Assembly (NCBI GenBank): GCA_045863295.1
Contig: BTWA01000006.1
Coordinates: 163,431 to 227,430, forward strand
Source: Candidatus Hydrogenedentota bacterium
Lineage (GTDB): Bacteria > Hydrogenedentota > Hydrogenedentia > Hydrogenedentales > SLHB01
Reading direction: 5' to 3'
DNA: 64,000 bases
The notes under the pieces are model-generated. The model worked only from the letters and a program-made list of their open reading frames with translations. It was not told the origin of the DNA and ran no database searches. A program made the position numbers and the translations under genes. Positions 61,318 through 64,000 of the stretch are shown here, piece by piece (the first letter of the stretch is position 1; the number at the start of each line of letters is the position of its first letter).

Positions 61318-63021
61318 ATGGACAAAGCGACTGTCTCCGAAATTCTGGAAGAAATTGGGGTGCTTTTAGAGTTATCCGGAGAAAATCCATTTAAGGCTCG
61401 TACCTATTTCAATGTGGCCCGAGCACTGGAACAGGTAGATGTGCCGCTCGACGTGCTTGTGAAAGAGAAGCGTCTTCGTGAAATCAAGGGGGTTGGAGAC
61501 GCACTGGAAGAGAAGCTGGAGGAACTTGTCACTACCGGCACCCTTAAGTACCACCAGGATCTCCGGGCCAAGTTTCCGGAGACGCTCTTCGAACTCTTTG
61601 CGATACCGGCCCTTGGCCCCAAGCGCATCAAGCAACTCTACGATGAGGTGGGCATTGACTCGATCGAGTCCCTCGAGAAGGCGATTGCCGGAGGCAAACT
61701 GAAAGGGTTGAAGGGGTTCGGCGCGAAGATGGAAGAGAAGGTTGCCGAAGGCATCGCCTACGCGCGGGAGCACAAGGGACTTTTCCTTGTCAGTCAGGCC
61801 CGGAAGGAGGCGGAGACACTTCTGTCGGAATTGCGCAATGACAAGTCGATCATTCGCATGGAAGTGGCCGGCAGCCTTCGCCGGCGCAAGGAGGTGGTAA
61901 AAGACATCGATATCCTCATTTCCTCCGACAAGCCGGACGGTCTTATGAAGCGGTTCACCGAGGCTCCCAATGTGGTGCGCGTCACGGGTCATGGAGAGAC
62001 CAAGTCGAGTGTGGTATTGAAGTCCGGCATGGCGGCCGACCTCCGGGTTGTGTCCGATACGGAATTTCCGTTTGCCCTTGCGTACTTCACCGGCAGCAAG
62101 GAACACAACGTGGTGATGCGGCAGCGCGCCAAGGAGCGCGGGCTCCGCTTGAACGAATATGCCCTTACGCGGGAAGACCAGTCCACGGTTCCGTGCGCCG
62201 ACGAAGCGGCCATCTACAAGGCGCTCGACCTTCCGTATATTGAACCGGAGCTGCGCGAAGATCGGGGTGAGTTCGACGCAGCGGCACTCCCCCACCTTGT
62301 TAACGCTTCCGATTTGAAGGGGGTCATTCATTGTCATTCGACCTATAGCGATGGCAAGGCCACGCTGGCTCAGATGGCCGATGCGGCCAAAGAGCGCGGG
62401 TTTTCCTATTTCGGCATCGCCGATCACAGTCAATCCGCCGCGTATGCCGGGGGATTGTTGCCGGAGCGCGTTGGGAAGCAGCATGCCGAGATCGATACGC
62501 TGAACGCGAAGTACACAGGCTTTCGCATCCTTAAGGGAATCGAGTCGGATATCCGTACCGATGGATCGTTGGACTACGAAGAATCCGTTTTGAAATCGTT
62601 CGACTACATCGTCGCTTCCGTGCACAGCAAATTGGACATGCAGGACGACGAGGCCACCGCGCGCGTTATAAAGGCGATCGAGAATCCCTATACGACGATT
62701 CTCGGCCATCCCACGGCCCGATTGTTGCTGGCGCGGCAAGGCTACCCGTTGCACTGGGACAAAGTCTTTGCCGCGTGCAAAGCCAACCGGGTGGCCTTGG
62801 AGATCAATGCGAACCCGCACCGGCTCGACATCGACTGGCGCCATATCCGCAAGGCCAGCGACCTGGGCTGTCTGTTTTCCATTGGTCCGGACGCGCATGC
62901 CGTTGACGGGCTTGACGATGTGCATTACGGTATCGGCATTGCGCGCAAGGGCTGGCTGGAAAAGGAGCACATTCTCAATTGTCTGGCTGTGGAGGATTTC
63001 CTGACGTGGAAGCGGGGCTGA
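61318..63021 (+). CDS. polX: DNA polymerase X / PHP 3'-5' exonuclease
   Basis: ENPFK, HhH motifs, AGSLRR, DIDIL, DLR, YFTGSKEHN; PHP HCHSTYSDG, DHS, GHPT, PDAH. Confidence 0.95.
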   Translation: MDKATVSEILEEIGVLLELSGENPFKARTYFNVARALEQVDVPLDVLVKEKRLREIKGVGDALEEKLEELVTTGTLKYHQDLRAKFPETLFELFAIPALGPKRIKQLYDEVGIDSIESLEKAIAGGKLKGLKGFGAKMEEKVAEGIAYAREHKGLFLVSQARKEAETLLSELRNDKSIIRMEVAGSLRRRKEVVKDIDILISSDKPDGLMKRFTEAPNVVRVTGHGETKSSVVLKSGMAADLRVVSDTEFPFALAYFTGSKEHNVVMRQRAKERGLRLNEYALTREDQSTVPCADEAAIYKALDLPYIEPELREDRGEFDAAALPHLVNASDLKGVIHCHSTYSDGKATLAQMADAAKERGFSYFGIADHSQSAAYAGGLLPERVGKQHAEIDTLNAKYTGFRILKGIESDIRTDGSLDYEESVLKSFDYIVASVHSKLDMQDDEATARVIKAIENPYTTILGHPTARLLLARQGYPLHWDKVFAACKANRVALEINANPHRLDIDWRHIRKASDLGCLFSIGPDAHAVDGLDDVHYGIGIARKGWLEKEHILNCLAVEDFLTWKRG

Positions 63022-63695
63022 AGATCGGGCGTGAGTCATTGGAGAAGAGAAAAGCCCGGGCGGCCGCGATCCACGATCGGCTCGCGGCGGCGTATCCCGA
63101 CGCGACGTGTTCGCTGGATTTTCAGAACCCTCTTCAATTGATGATCTCCACCATACTTGCCGCGCAATGCACGGACGAGCGTGTGAACAAGGTGACGCCG
63201 GCGTTGTTTAAGCGCTTTAAAACCGCCGAGGAGTTTGCCGAGGCCGATCAAACCGAGGTCGAAACATACGTGCAAAGCTGTGGCTTTTATCGTAACAAAG
63301 CCAAGAACATTATCGCGGCGTGCCGCAAAATCGTGGAGCGCCACGGCGGCCAGGTTCCCGGTACGCTCGAATCGCTCACCCAACTCGACGGGGTCGGGCG
63401 TAAAACGGCCAACGTTATCCTCGGCGAGTGTTTCAATACGCGTGGCGTCGTAGTAGACACTCACTGCGGCCGTCTCTCCCGCCGCCTGGGTTTCACCCGC
63501 GAAACCGACCCGGAGAAGGTCGAGCGCGATCTCATGAAGATCTGGCATACGGATCACTGGAACAATTTCAGCCACTGCCTCGTGTTCCACGGACGCGCTG
63601 TCTGCGACGCGCGCAGTCCCAAATGCAGTGTGTGTCCAGTGCGCGACCTCTGCCCGTATCCCCTGACCGCGGATGGAAAAAAGATCGCGAAGTGA
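63006..63695 (+). CDS. nth: Endonuclease III
   Basis: LAAQCTDERVN, LDGVGRKTANV, VDTH, 4Fe-4S C-x6-C-x2-C-x5-C; GTG start after GGAGGA, overlapping polX. Confidence 0.96.
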   Translation: MEAGLKIGRESLEKRKARAAAIHDRLAAAYPDATCSLDFQNPLQLMISTILAAQCTDERVNKVTPALFKRFKTAEEFAEADQTEVETYVQSCGFYRNKAKNIIAACRKIVERHGGQVPGTLESLTQLDGVGRKTANVILGECFNTRGVVVDTHCGRLSRRLGFTRETDPEKVERDLMKIWHTDHWNNFSHCLVFHGRAVCDARSPKCSVCPVRDLCPYPLTADGKKIAK

Positions 63696-63972
63696 ACAGG
63701 GTTCGGAGTTGGAGCGTCAGCAGTCGCCGCGAGGCCATTGCCGCACGGGGGCACACGGAAGCTACGACTTCGTACGAACGGCCCAACCTGAAAACCCATG
63801 CCCCTGCTCCTAAGTCCCCACCGCACGCGGCACGCGAGGTAGTACTCCTTAGTTAGGCCATTTCGTTGCATTTTCTTAGCGGATTGAAACAAGGGTATTT
63901 GATGGATTTGCGCGGTTTGCGCATTTGGGGGATGGGGCGGAAAAGATCGGGGCGGCGGGGACTGAACACGTC

Positions 63973-64000
63973 CACAGATTACACGGATGTACACAGATTC
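63973..64000 (+). repeat. Short tandem repeat CAC(A/G)GAT x3, truncated by the window end
   Basis: CACAGATT ACACGGATGT ACACAGATTC. Confidence 0.55.

Noticed and set aside
61372..63039. 555-aa minus-strand ORF
   Set aside because: Antisense shadow of polX with no motifs.

Overview
Gene-dense bacterial chromosome segment of moderately high GC with no CRISPR array, rRNA, transposase or integrase. The gene content (DUF1549/DUF1553 plus DUF1501 pair, Tat sulfatase, secreted HEAT-repeat protein, PASTA/FN3 surface protein) suggests a Planctomycetota-like or Candidatus Hydrogenedentota-like organism; this is inference only. From left to right: a xylose-isomerase-like gene cut by the window edge; a candidate ~120-nt sRNA with C-rich loops; a HEAT-repeat gene; phoBR-pstSCAB-phoU with two matching Pho-box-like sites; an ABC-2 exporter; mazG; alkaline phosphatase; a TPP enzyme; a kdpFABC locus apparently run by a sigma54 activator and a KinB-like kinase, with a kinase-less KdpD fused to a PTS EIIA domain; marR, an LplT-Aas fusion and an esterase; three tRNAs with tig-clpP-clpX; a degenerate radical-SAM/SPASM protein; an FGGY kinase; a sulfatase; a type III PKS three-gene cluster; thiC; a csbD/two-component region flanked by two similar unannotated hydrophobic micropeptides; DUF1553-DUF1501; a surface protein with a Gly-X-Y tract; and polX-nth. 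The most interesting candidates are the sigma54/EIIA-fused Kdp circuit, the C-loop sRNA and the paired micropeptides. All family assignments come from reading motifs by eye, not from database searches.
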